NCBI GenBank assembly: GCA_001949185.1
Contig: BDGG01000008.1
Location: 1,426,001-1,490,000, forward strand
Direction: 5' to 3'
DNA: 64,000 nucleotides
DNA from: Ramazzottius varieornatus
Lineage: Eukaryota; Animalia; Tardigrada
This document shows, in pieces, positions 1 through 11,556 of this stretch (its first letter is position 1; every line of letters begins with the position of its first letter). The notes under the pieces are model-generated. The model had not been told where the DNA came from. It saw only the letters and a list, made by a program, of their open reading frames with translations, and searched no databases. Both the position numbers and the translations under genes were made by a program.

Positions 1-59
1 CGAGGAAGGCAAGGCTTGCATATAGTTGCATTGAGTACATTCTCTGTTGATTGTCGTAG

Positions 60-240
60 TTGGTTTGCCATGATCCCTGGGGTATGGGATGGTCGTTCAA
101 GGAAGCACGTTTGGGGTGTCCTATGACTGGCAGATGAGCCCATGGATCCTCCTCCGTTTCATTCTGCTTGTTGTGTTTCTCCAGATGTCCGGAAGCCAGA
201 CGAACAACCGGTGTCGCTGGAAGACACACGCAAAAACTGA
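60..240 (+). CDS. Probable last two exons of a gene beginning upstream of the window (…LVCHDPWDVRKPDEQPVSLEDTRKN*)
   Basis: AG acceptor at 58-59, GT donor at 82 and pyrimidine-rich CCAG acceptor at 181-184. Joined exons are in frame to TGA 238-240, with AATAAA at 397-402. Product not recognisable. Confidence 0.35.
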
Positions 241-934
241 GCATGCATGAAACACAACAGCTTTATAGAACTTCCGTGCCAACTCACCAAAAGCGTTGCT
301 TCGCCTCGCGCATAACAGAGCGATGGCCGTCCGCGACGAGGCTAAGCAGAACAACCTCATGGTGCAGCTTTACCAGTTGAATGATTCCAAGAGGCAAATA
401 AAATACTTTGCAAATGGATTATTGGCCACTCATTTTCGATGGCCGATTTGAGGTACTGAGGAAGCAGGAAAGGCAGCCGGCTGATGAGCTTCCAGTGGAC
501 GCCTTCCTGCGGAGCTGCGCTTTCGACCAAGATAAGCCCTACGCCGAAACTGTCCTTCGATCCTGCAAAGATGATGGTTCTTCCCGTCCAACAGAGGCCA
601 CGGAAGTGCTAAAAGCTCGCGGAACGTTAGAGTTTAGACCGAGAGGAGAGAGCCACCGGAAATCATTGATTTTTTTGTTTCATGAAATCAGCTGTTTCCC
701 CGACATCCTCACAGGCGAAGCACCATAGAGCGCCCCGTAGATGCATCCACCGTTTTGGCCAGTAGCAAGGGAGCGCGGTTGGCACGCCATAACCTGCTGC
801 CAATACACTTCGAGTTCCGGTGTTTGTCTGCTGTTTTGTCCTTGATTCTGCGTAGAAAGCTTAACTTGACGGTTAGCAGTTCTGTTCCTCTCATCTGGTT
901 ACAGGTTGAAGGGTTCGGCAACAGCGAAGTCACC

Positions 935-2181
935 ATGTCCGTGCTCTCCGGACTAAAGTCTGCCGCGAAGGCTTCGGCTGCTGGGTCTGCAAGACTACCT
1001 CCTCTGCCCACCATCGGAGAAATCCTCCGAATGTACCGTCTCAAAGCCCTCAAGCATCTCTCGCAGAACTTCCTTCTGGATACAAAGCTGACCAACAAGG
1101 TCGTCAAAGCAGCAGGCGCTGTGGAAAACTGCTCCGTTTTGGAGGTCGGACCTGGTCCAGGCTGTCTCACTCGGTCCATCCTGAACGCTGGAATACGCGA
1201 CTTGACACTGGTCGAGAAAGATATCCGCTTCATCCCTGCCCTACAGCAGCTTCAAGAAGCCTCTTCCATACCTGTTAGTATACGGCAGGGCGATATTCTA
1301 AAGTACCCTCTACAAGATATCTTCCCCGAAGACAGTGTTCGAGACTGGATGGACGATCAGCTGCCTCCGATTCACGTCATGGCGAATCTCCCCTTCAATA
1401 TCAGCACACCTCTGATTATCCGATGGCTGGAAGACATCTCAACACATTCAGGCCTGTTTCGGTACGGACGAGTACGAATGACGCTCATGTTCCAGCACGA
1501 AGTGGCGCAGAGGATGATTGCCACTTCCGGTGATCTAGAAAGAAGTCGGCTGTCCGTCATGATACAGAATTACTGCAATGTCCAGTACTGCTTCCCAATC
1601 AAAGGTGATGGTGTATGACGTCATTCGCATTTGGTACTTTGGCCATTCTTCTAACGTGGGACATGATGTGTGATGTATGACCTAGGGTGCTATACGTTGT
1701 ACGATATAACGTTACACGATTCATAGGGACGTCGCTCTTGATCGAAGCCTGACCGTCCTTTTCTTTTCGCAGGTTCTTCCTTCATACCAAAACCCGAAGT
1801 AAGTGCCGGCGTCGTACACCTATGGCCTTTGAAGGAACCTGTGATGAAACTACCGTTCAAGCTGACCGAGAAGGTCGTACGGAATACCTTTACGCATAAA
1901 AGGAAGAAAATCCTCAAAGCAATAGAGTAGGTGTCGCCTGGTATACTTTCAGTAGTGATGCTTAGTGGATTTTACCGTGCTTTTCTAAGATGTATGTTCT
2001 TTGCAGGTTGCTATTTCCAGCTTCCCACAAGCATTTGGGGGCAGAAATGCTCCAGCGGTCTGGTATCGACCCGGAAGTGCGGGCTCATCTGATGGGCTTG
2101 GATGAATTTGACGCCTTGTGCCGGGCGTACGACTCTATCTGTGATGCATACCCGATCATGCGTTCTTACCAGTTCCGATAG
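935..2181 (+). CDS. TFB1M: Mitochondrial 12S rRNA dimethyladenosine transferase 1 (KsgA/Dim1 family), 3 exons
   Basis: Motifs RLPPLPTIGEILRMY, LSQNFLLD, SAM-binding VLEVGPGPG, ANLPFNISTPLIIRWL, RSRLSVMIQ and FIPKPEV. Exons ~935-1604, 1773-1927, 2007-2181. Confidence 0.93.
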
Positions 2182-2547
2182 GTTTTAAACTGTTGTTTCA
2201 GTTGTAAAACAGTGCGGTTACTGCATGTGTATAGCTTTAGATGGCTGAAGTTCTGTCAGTTTTACGGCTCGAGCTACCAGGAACTCTCGTTGTTCAACCT
2301 AGATAGCTCACCAACAGGAAACGAAGTCGTTATTTCGGTAATAGATTTTCCCTTCGTGCTTAGGATTCGAAGGATATCGGTGTCTCCCGCATTGTTTTTA
2401 TATGTCGTCGTACCGGCAGTGGAAAAGCTCAAGAGACTTCTCAATCGTAATTACAATACGTAGGAAAATCGACCCGGTCTGGTGGTCGGACTCTAGAAAT
2501 TATCTAAAGGCAGAATTACGTTTTACAGAGTGAGAAAACGGTGTGAA

Positions 2548-5500
2548 CTAGTTCTGGGACTGTCTTGACAGCATGACAAGATAGACCCACACCGATAGAA
2601 CACTTTGAGGATAGACTGCTACACTAACAGCAAGAGAAAATTCGATGTTGTTAGAATCAATTCTATGTACACCTTTCCCCACTACGGCTTTGACCACTTC
2701 CTGGACGCTATTGTAGGGCATATTCAGCGGGAATCCATAAATCTACAAATTGAAAAGAATTGGACGCTTACACGTGCACGCTACAGTAGGAAGCTAAGTT
2801 TTACCTCATAGACTTGTAGAAGGTCACGGAGTTCTCTCTCGTGAGTCGCGCTCAGGTCAGTCAGGCTCTCATCCACAGCCTTCGCCTCCATCAATTCGAG
2901 CAAGCCATAGAGCTTCCGGTCGCACTCGATGTTCCATCTCGTGATGTACTGAGACCGGTCTGTCATTATCTCTGCCACGACGGCGTTCTTCAAAAGGATT
3001 TCCCGTTCATGTTTCAGATGCGGAGGGACAGTTTCGTACGCGAAAGACTCTGGCTGGACGGAAGTAAGGTCCTCTGACGCCACCTGCTTGGTCGTCCAAA
3101 GAGGCTTCCAGTACGCTCCACTGGTGAAGTCCCACTGCATTTCTTTCGGTTTGGCACTCCTTTGAGTATTCAACCAGACCTGTGAAAGAAAGACCCACTT
3201 TCAGAAGACGACAGAATGGTTTTTTCCCGGATTTCGTGCCAAGCAACGCCAAGTACTCACGTTGGTGGCGTCGAGTGTCATTCCGACGTTAATAACCGTA
3301 CCATTCTGAGCGGTCGTGTCGAAAGATCTCCCGGTGATGGCGTCCCACACTGTCCACTGGGATTGTCTGTCCCCGCTCCTGATCAGGACGAAGAACCGAG
3401 AACCCCCGTTCGCGCTTCGTCCGACAAGTAGGTACGATGTAACATTCAGGAACTTGAAGTAGCTGAGAAGTAATATGGCGTGCTCTTTGGCACCGCCACA
3501 TTGCAGTTCAAGGAACTCCTGGAAAACAGATGTACCGTACATATTTCAGGAGCCGCGCGATCGGCTCGAAAATGTACTAGCATTATGTATTACCTTGTTG
3601 GTGAGCCAAACATCGAACTCTTCCGGTTGGAATATTCTGTCCGATACGAGTGGAATAAGAGAAACATACCGCGCCAGAAGAGCCTATTGATAAGACAGTT
3701 CTCTCGTTGTTTATTCAGCAGCGAACTTGACGAAGCAGAAAAGGCCTACCATCTTCTGCTTGATCGGCATGTCGTCCCTTACGACACCTGGCGGTGGATT
3801 GAGTGGACGGATATACCGGGTTAACAGGCATGTTTTACCTGTTGTGTTGATGACCAGTGGTTCCATGTACCGGTCGGGATATTGTTGTTTTAGCTGTGAC
3901 ATCACACTGTCAGCCAAGCCTACAACTTTTGGGTCCTCCGAACTTTCCACCTTGGAGAGTTTCAAGGAACGAGGCGGTGAAAGGGAAGGCTCCAGCATCA
4001 CCGACAGGCTAACCTGAGGCAGATGCGTGGTCTTATCAGTCGATGAGCCAGTGGCTGAAGGTGGCTTATAACCGAGAAGGACGGAAGGCACTTGCAAAGG
4101 GAAAGTTCCTTCGATCTACAGATGCGAAACAAATGTTTTGATTTCATCCAGTCATGGCTGCGAAATAATATGTGAACCTTTGGAGCTTCTAGTAATGCAG
4201 TTGAAGGGATCGTGACAGATCCGAGCCAACGATTGTCCAGCCGCTGAAATATGTGCGTCTTCCGTAACATTTCATCCTCAAGGACGTCGATGGCAACCTC
4301 ATCGTACAAGTGGATCTCTAATGGTTGTCGTAGGAATTCAGAGGTTCCTGTCGCGGTAGGGCGGAACCGGAAGCTAATTTCCTTGTTCCAAACGGGATTT
4401 GGACCGGTACTCACTTCGGATGCCTTCTCCTGCGCGCCGTACTTTGCAATGATCACTGGTCGAAGTATTCCCTAAAATATTAATGTCAAAATGGTTCTGG
4501 AATATATGAAAATAAATACTCAAGTAAACTTACGATGTTATTGTTCGTGGGGTTAGTGTTAAGAGCGTTGATAGTCCCACTGTGCTTTACGGCCGGAGAT
4601 CGAACAGGAAGGCTTCCCGCTTTGTCAATTTGAACTACCAGTTGCATTTCAGTCAGGTTGAGCTCGTGCAGAAAAATCGGCCTGCGGCCCTGCCGGTCCT
4701 GCCCGGCGTCTTTTGGGGAAAGGAAGAACCCAGCCAACCACTCAACGAACTGCCCGATTGTCAGAGTGGGCTCCTTGACCAGTTCCTCGTAAGTGAGAGC
4801 GGATTTAGAATTGCCAACGACGGTTAAAACATGACTTCGGACCTGAAAATGACAAGCAAGACACTCACGAACGACTACTTCACCGGCTGTTTTTTGAGTG
4901 ACACACGTTTCACCTTTTGGAGTGTGCGGTCGTAAAGTTGTTGTTTTGTCATGCCGATCGATCGGAGATCTTCGTTTTCTTCAAGGACTCGCTTCCTATC
5001 TTGCGCTAGAAGTAGTGCTGAGACCTCGTTCTCGTTTGCAGGTATTATTTTCATATGAGCAAAGTTGATCAGGCCTTGGCGGCGCTGCTGCAAGAGTTGA
5101 AATCGTTTGTTAGAAGTGATGTCCTGCTCGGTACAAAAATCGAACGGCTGCTGCATCGGGTTCAGCCGGAAGTAGTTTGCTTCAGTTGAGGGCCGCAGGT
5201 CGTTCGCTAGTTGAATAAACTCCGCGCTGGCCGGATCGTTCGGATCTACAGTAAAAACGAGACCCGTTCATTGCTGCTGATTACATTACGATCTCGAGAT
5301 GATCGTAGAAAATTGGAATGTCTACACTGCGCGTTCTTGGAACTATACCTAATTTAGCCGTGCTGATCCATTTCAGCAGCTTATCCACATTCCGTATTCC
5401 AGCGCTGGACAAAATTTTTAGAGGTTCACCAAAGTTTTCTTTTCGCCTGCCTTGAGCAAACCGACTGGAGGTCTGCGCTGACCAAGAAGCGCTATAGCGA

Positions 5501-8159
5501 ATATTTGCACTGGTGTAGATGACCACGGATTTTCCGTCGACGGTGGAAAATGCCACACCTGCAGAACACGGGGAGATCGTTTTGACTGGGCAATCTGACC
5601 AAAACAATAGATGGGAGCTCGAAAAAAAATAATGAACCGGATCTCCTTCCCAAACGGCGCACGCTTTTAGCCAGTAAGACTGGAAAAACTGCGCCACTTG
5701 GAAAAATATGTGGTCGAGTTTCCTCGCCGAGCTCCGCGATTTAGAATTTGTCATACCGCTGCCAACTGCAGTATGTCGTGCGGGAATATTTTCCGGAATA
5801 CTGAACTCGACCGTCGAACTCTTTGTCATTTCTGCCACAGTTTCCTCCTCTGGAACTGGAATGTATGTCTCGGTCAGCTTGCGGTTCCTCACACCTGTCT
5901 GCTCGTACACCATCACTTTGATGGACGAGGGCACTCGATCAAGGAGGATCGACACTTTCTTGGACAGAAAAGTCAGGAAATCGTCGTTTAACGAATGGGC
6001 CACAGTTCGGCACACTTCGGCCTCGTTGATCAGAACCTTCACAAACAGGCGGTTCTTTGATACCTCTGACCGTCGAGCACGTTCGGCTGCTGGACAAGCT
6101 GCTAAGTCGGTCATCTTCAGCCCGTGTTGCAAATCAGGAACCAGGACGGGGTCTCCGGGTCGCCGCCTACTCTTTGCCAGACGTTCCTCTACACTAAGCT
6201 GTTCTGCACGACGGTTGAAGGCGACTTGCGAACTTGAGTTTCCCAGCATGTGTAACATTTCTTTTTCCTCTAGTTCTTCTTTGACGTCTGTTTGGTGTTC
6301 CCGGTGGTCTCTTGCATCATTCGGCTGTACCAATTTCAGCGCAAGCTGAAGAGGTGTACTGACGAACCCACTTTTGCTTCGGACGGTTTTCAACTGGGCC
6401 CACGTATCAATCAGGCCCACCAAGGCCACTTGCTGCTTCCTGAAAGCGTCATCGCGTTTTTCTCTTAGCTGCTGGATTTCTTTGAGACAGTTAGACAGTC
6501 GCAACTCAGCTTCGTCGAGTTCGGCCTCTTTCTCCACCTGGTCAAAGGCGACCTAGACACGAACAAATAGAGTGATTTCCTGTGGGTGTCCTACTATTGC
6601 CAAATTGTGACTGGGACCTTTAGGGTATCGAGCTGGGCTCGGAGTCCGCGGATACGCTGTGTCAGGAACAGTGGCTCGTCTTCTTCCAACAACGCCCTGT
6701 AACCCTCAAACCGTTCCTCCAGCTGACGCCCATAAACATGCTCCAAACTGAACAAATGGTGGTGCTGAAACTCTATGCTGACAATCTCCAAAATCATCTC
6801 CAGGCGCTTGCCGCGCCCCAACTTTCCTGTCACATTCAAGTTGTCCATGAGTGGCACAGAGTCTGCCACCAGCGAGTTCATCACATCGCGTTCATGCTCG
6901 AAACAACAGCGAGTTCCCACCATACTGTCGCTGGTGGGATCGGCAAGTGCTCTCAACTTCCAGTCAGTGTCGATCCAGTGGAATGCTTTCTCCGCCAAAA
7001 TCCGTTGCTCCATGGAGTTGATGTTAGCCGGACTGACAACTGGCCGGCGACCGGTGTAAATGCCATCATCTTCGGGATGAGCCGCCTTACTAGACTCAAA
7101 GTGGGTACTCCAGTTGACAGGTGCAGTGTTCGGAGTGTATGTCCCATTCTTGTCGTCTTGCTTGCGCTGTTTGCTGTCCACGTAGAAGAGACTTTGGTCA
7201 GCGATCAGCTCGTTAGCTAGTCGAGTTTCCGCAGCCGTAGGAGAAATGGGGGGTTTCGGCGTCGGCCGTTCCTGAGCTTCAACAGGTGGCTCCTGTTGTC
7301 CTTCAACTTGCGGTGCGTTGCTTACCTTTAGAGACGACGTCTGCTTGGCTTCCTCCACCTTCATCCATTCTCCAATGAAGAAGTCCACATCTGTAGACTG
7401 CAAAAGAAGGCGCAGAACACACTTGACAGAGGTGAGAAACTTTCCACTTCAAAACTTAAGTGTGTAGTTATAACATTATATGACATACTGTAAGTTAGTA
7501 AGTCATTGGTCAGGTCATTGACGGTGCATTAGGTTAACCGTTGATTGCAGTTGTGCTTGATTTGTATACAAGTCAGGCAACCAGAATCGACTACTGTAGT
7601 ATACAGATTGCGAGCGAAAGCGCACTAGCGCAATTCGATACGCACAGGAACATCGTGACATCATAGGAACAAGTTCATCTCGTAGGCTCTGCGTTAAAAT
7701 AGTCGCACAATGTTCGCGTTTGATGTCACGATGTTCGTGTGCGTATCGAATTATGCTAGTGCGCTTTCGCTCGCAATCTCTATAGTACCTTCTCGGCAGA
7801 GGCGGTTTCTTCTTTTCCGGACCTCAAGGTGTTTCCTTTTTCTGTAACGGACAGAGGAAAGTATGAGGTGCCTTGGATCGAGCATCGGGAAGGGGGGCTT
7901 CGACGTACCTGAGAAGCGGACCGAACGTGCAGTGTTGCCCCGCTGATTACGGGGTCGATTTCCTTTGCCTTCGGATTCCCCATCTTCCTCATAGCCATCG
8001 TTTTCCTGGAAAAAAGCAATTAAAGGTTGGTATTTGCACCTTATCCTGATGGAACCAGCTCGTGCCCACCTGGCTTTGGTCTTGCAGGATAAGCGACGTC
8101 GACGTTGGAAAAGCATCCTCTGCTTCCGGAGACAACACCGGAACTTCCCTGGTTGGCAT
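2548..8159 (-). CDS. CC2D2A: Coiled-coil and C2 domain protein 2A (MKS6), ciliary transition-zone protein; multi-exon, 5' start uncertain (ATG 8159 or 8404)
   Basis: Coiled-coil region, C2 domain (GPNPVWNKEI…LYDEV…WLGSVTIP), transglutaminase-like segment (GGAKEHAILLLSYF) and C-terminal GFPLNMPY…EFSLAV…YPQSVLSVWVY ending at TAG 2548-2550. Confidence 0.88.
5611..5740. mobile_element. Palindromic ~125-bp element family A (MITE-like), copy 1, in a CC2D2A intron
   Basis: ATGGGAGCTCG…CAAACGGCGCAC(5651)-N26-CTGCGCCACTTG(5700)…GCCGAGCTCC. Confidence 0.8.
7600..7784. mobile_element. MITE-like element B with 64-bp terminal inverted repeats, in a CC2D2A intron
   Basis: 7600-7663 and the reverse complement of 7721-7784 match at 60/64 nt around a 57-nt loop. 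Ends TA|CAG…CTC|TA resemble Tc1/mariner-type termini. Confidence 0.8.
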
Positions 8160-9581
8160 ATTTCCCCAAGCCTTTAATGTTCTGATTCGACAACACAAAT
8201 TTCTCCACGGTACCGACGATCCCCTGCAATTTACAACACAATCTAGGTAAGTTTTCAGAAATGATAGGTAAAAGCCAGACTGCACGAGGGACAAACTAGG
8301 GCAAGCGGCAAGCTTGCTTGCTATGCTGACGGGAAGGCTGTGTGGCAGTGCGTAACATCCGTAGCGCCCTACCTTCTCCACCTGGATCGATGGTCATTGA
8401 TCATCCTTCGGGATTAGTTTCCGCCTATGGCTGGGAGCTAGAGAAAGGTAGCAAGGCTGCCGATACCTCAAGTGTGAATTTGGGTTCAGCTGGATATCGA
8501 TTCTTGGTGTCTGCATGGCCTGTCCGCACGCGCAGGGATGCTTTCGTGTGCACATAATTATGCAGTATGTCACTGAGTCCCGCTCAGGGTGTTTTGTGCT
8601 TTTTTCTCTTGTCACTTTTTGCATGTCCAGGTTTTTCCGAGGGACGTAATAGTCTGCTTGACTTCGTGACCGTGTGCTTTAGCTTGCGGCGTGAAGTTTT
8701 GTCGTTCTCGCCTTGTCGATAAAGTCGCGCTTGCTTTGCTGATGACGAAATATCGTGGGCCAAGATGCAGTCAGCTTGCAGTCTGCGAGAAAGAAGATTA
8801 TGCGGATATTTCTTGCGGATTTGCAGAAGATGTTTCGTCTGCATAACGAGGCCGAAGAGGCAACTGGCTTTGGGGGGACCCACCGTCCACCTACCGAGAT
8901 CGGCGCAGTAGATGCTGTCTCGCACCCACCCAAAGCGGAACACTCACAGCAAACAACTCCCACACCTCACGCTGGCACTTCCCTTGATTCCGAACGAGAG
9001 TTTGGAGATGCGGTGAACATAAGAAACACCGGTGGCTCCAGGAAATATTGGTTGGCGAACGTGACCCCACCGACAGCAAGGACGCGACGTTTGGGAAGCG
9101 GCCCGACTCGAAGAGCTCACGAGTCCACATGCATAGCTGGCTCTGTCCTCTAACACTGCTCATTCGTTCTTATTCTTCTTCTTGAAATTTTGTCTTGCAT
9201 TTTACTTTCCGGTTCGCTCATGACAGCTTTTAATCGCTTTGCATGATGGTTTATCCATGACATGAGGGCAAATAAAACCTGACTGCGCTGGCTGAACTAC
9301 TGGAGTTTACTGTGACGAATAACCCATGTTCAAGGTCCGTAGGCTCGCCGCAGCTGACTGAAGTCATAATTTCGAGGCACTTCCGGTATGAAGTACTCAT
9401 ATTCATACTGTAACACACCGTAAACAACGTTATCTTCGAACCATATCGTGGGCAAATATATTGTTTCCTGTGTTCTCGGAAAGTCCTTTGTAGCGGACCT
9501 TCTGAGTCAGAAAGCTGAATTGAGGGTGTCAGTTCACCAGGGTACTTTCCCACAAAGTTTGACAGGCTTCACAGTCAAAGG

Positions 9582-9587
9582 TATAAA
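9582..9587 (+). promoter_or_regulatory. Candidate TATA box of the His-rich gene
   Basis: TATAAA ~100 nt upstream of ATG 9686. Confidence 0.4.
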
Positions 9588-9685
9588 GCAACAAGTTTTA
9601 CTTGCGGAACACCTAGTTGCAACTTAGCTCCGGGATTTCTTGTTTGCTCCATTTCACACTTCCGGGACCCACAAGTCCGTTCAAG

Positions 9686-10000
9686 ATGTCGCACCATCAT
9701 CATCACGCGTACGATTCCCACCACGGACACTATACGCCTCCTCCCGTCGTCCACCACGATGTCCACCACGATGTCCACCACGATGTCCACCATCACCAGC
9801 AGCCAGCCCCGATGTATCAGACTCCCATGTACAACACCGCCCCAGTATACCAAACGAGTCCAGTTTACGCTCCACCACCCCATAGCCATGCGGACTTTCA
9901 CCATGTCGATACCCACTATGGAGGCCATCACGGCGGAGGACATGGAATCATCCACAACATCTTGAACCCCTCCCACCACCATCACGGCGGACACTATTAA
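9686..10000 (+). CDS. 104-aa histidine-rich low-complexity protein (31 His), no signal peptide
   Basis: Intronless ORF MSHHHHHAY…(VHHD)x3…PMYQT/PMYNT/PVYQT…GGHHGGGH…HHHHGGHY. Strong C-ending codon bias, upstream TATA and AT-rich downstream region. Confidence 0.75.
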   Translation: MSHHHHHAYDSHHGHYTPPPVVHHDVHHDVHHDVHHHQQPAPMYQTPMYNTAPVYQTSPVYAPPPHSHADFHHVDTHYGGHHGGGHGIIHNILNPSHHHHGGHY

Positions 10001-10291
10001 ACAATGTTGTCCAGTGGGGTCTTGACAATAGACAGTGCCTGTAGTTCCATAGCGAACTGTAAAATACTAAAATCTATTTTTGCTAAATTCACCTCTGTTT
10101 AAAAGTCTGCTTTTGCTTTTATGATTACTGTTCTGTACGGCACAGACGTATGCGCGGTTGCGGATCTCTGCAAGAAAAGAAATACACCGAAGTCAAAAGC
10201 ATCGTTCCGTAAAGTTCAGGTTGAAATCTATTTCGTCTAATTTGTTTTCCACAGTGTTTCTAATTTTTTTACATTTTACATTTCAAATATT

Positions 10292-10341
10292 CAAATACTT
10301 TAGAAATACAAATACTTTAGAAATACTTTAGAAATACAAAT
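10292..10341. repeat. AT-rich minisatellite of AAATACTTTAG/AAATAC units
   Basis: caaatactttagaaatacaaatactttagaaatactttagaaatacaaat. Confidence 0.8.
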
Positions 10342-10586
10342 CCATGCACAAAACGCAAGCCAATTTGCAAAAGCAGAAAGAGGCCCGGTAGAACCAGACC
10401 CCAGCATGGCAAAGCTTTTCGTCTAATAAGCTTTGCCATGCTGTTTCCAAACACGGAATTTATATTTGGCGCCGACTGCGAGTTTAAGAGCATAATATAT
10501 ATTCGCATGACAGACGTGACATTGGAACTGATAGGCTCTGTTTGTTCTCGCAGGAAATATCTGATAGCAGCAACAAGGGAAACGAT

Positions 10587-10901
10587 ATGGACACGTCCAG
10601 TTTTCGTGGCTCACAGAAGGGAAGCTCGTGGAAGGCCTACCTGTGTGGGTGCGCCACTGTCCTGGGTGTACCAACGCCACCTACTTCCCCTTCCACATCG
10701 AGCTGCTCTGCTGGTTCCATGAGCCTCCCTGTGGCGAAAGCAGGCGACACTTATCCTTGTGGCCTGTCGAAGGACTTCTGGGTGGACAAGAACCCCGTTG
10801 TGGTGGTGCGTGTTCCGCATAAGACTCTAGGTCCGCTCAAGAAGGCTGAGACCACTCGTCATGTTGGACACGCGCACGCTTTGGGGCGAGGTCATTGCTA
10901 G
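10587..10901 (+). CDS. Small 104-aa orphan ORF (MDTSSFRGSQKG…GRGHC)
   Basis: GC-richer than its flanks and preceded by an acceptor-like TGTTTGTTCTCGCAG (~10552). No recognisable domain. Confidence 0.4.
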   Translation: MDTSSFRGSQKGSSWKAYLCGCATVLGVPTPPTSPSTSSCSAGSMSLPVAKAGDTYPCGLSKDFWVDKNPVVVVRVPHKTLGPLKKAETTRHVGHAHALGRGHC

Positions 10902-11556
10902 AAGGTTTCGCCGACGCGGACATCAGTGTTGATTGCAAAGAAGAGTTTGCTCTTGTTTGCAGAGTTTTTATCTTTCAGATGCACTCTTTCAGCTTTTGAA
11001 GCGGTTGACGTATAGCTCCAATGCCTGATTGTTCGAACCATCGATTGAGGCTGGCTATCAATATTTTTACCGAAAAGTTTCCCTTTCCGACGCGCACTTG
11101 TTTATACAAACGATAGTTACCATTCTTGTCTCCTCGATCTCCAATCATGTTTTAACTGTTTTCAGAATGGTATTACCATGCTTGGGTATTGGTTCGTGCA
11201 GAGTGCCTTTCGCACAGTGTTTATTTTCATTCGACAGAAATATTACATCTCGTTAAGTTCTCATCGATCGCGCCGGCCATCATTCACGGTTTCAGTAGAA
11301 GCTGCCTCGTTACGGTGACACTTTACGGTGGTCAATCAACACTCGAGACATTACCAAAACAGTCCCTCGAACTTGGGTCCTACAGTGCCTTTGTGTCTGA
11401 TGGGTGAATTATACAGTAGGCCCTTCAGGGGCAGAACTGCAGCCTGCTGCGGTGCAACCTCCCGGCGTAGATTGAGGGGAGAAAGACGTGAGGCTCGTGC
11501 AGAACTAGGGTACTTCAACATTTCAAGTCCCTAACCATCTGCGAGGTTTTGCAGAT

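Noticed and set aside
5708-6349. 213-aa plus-strand ORF, and similar ORFs at 709-1233, 30367-30816, 48944-49483 and 9575-9994
   Set aside because: Antisense shadows of real coding exons, with no independent protein features.
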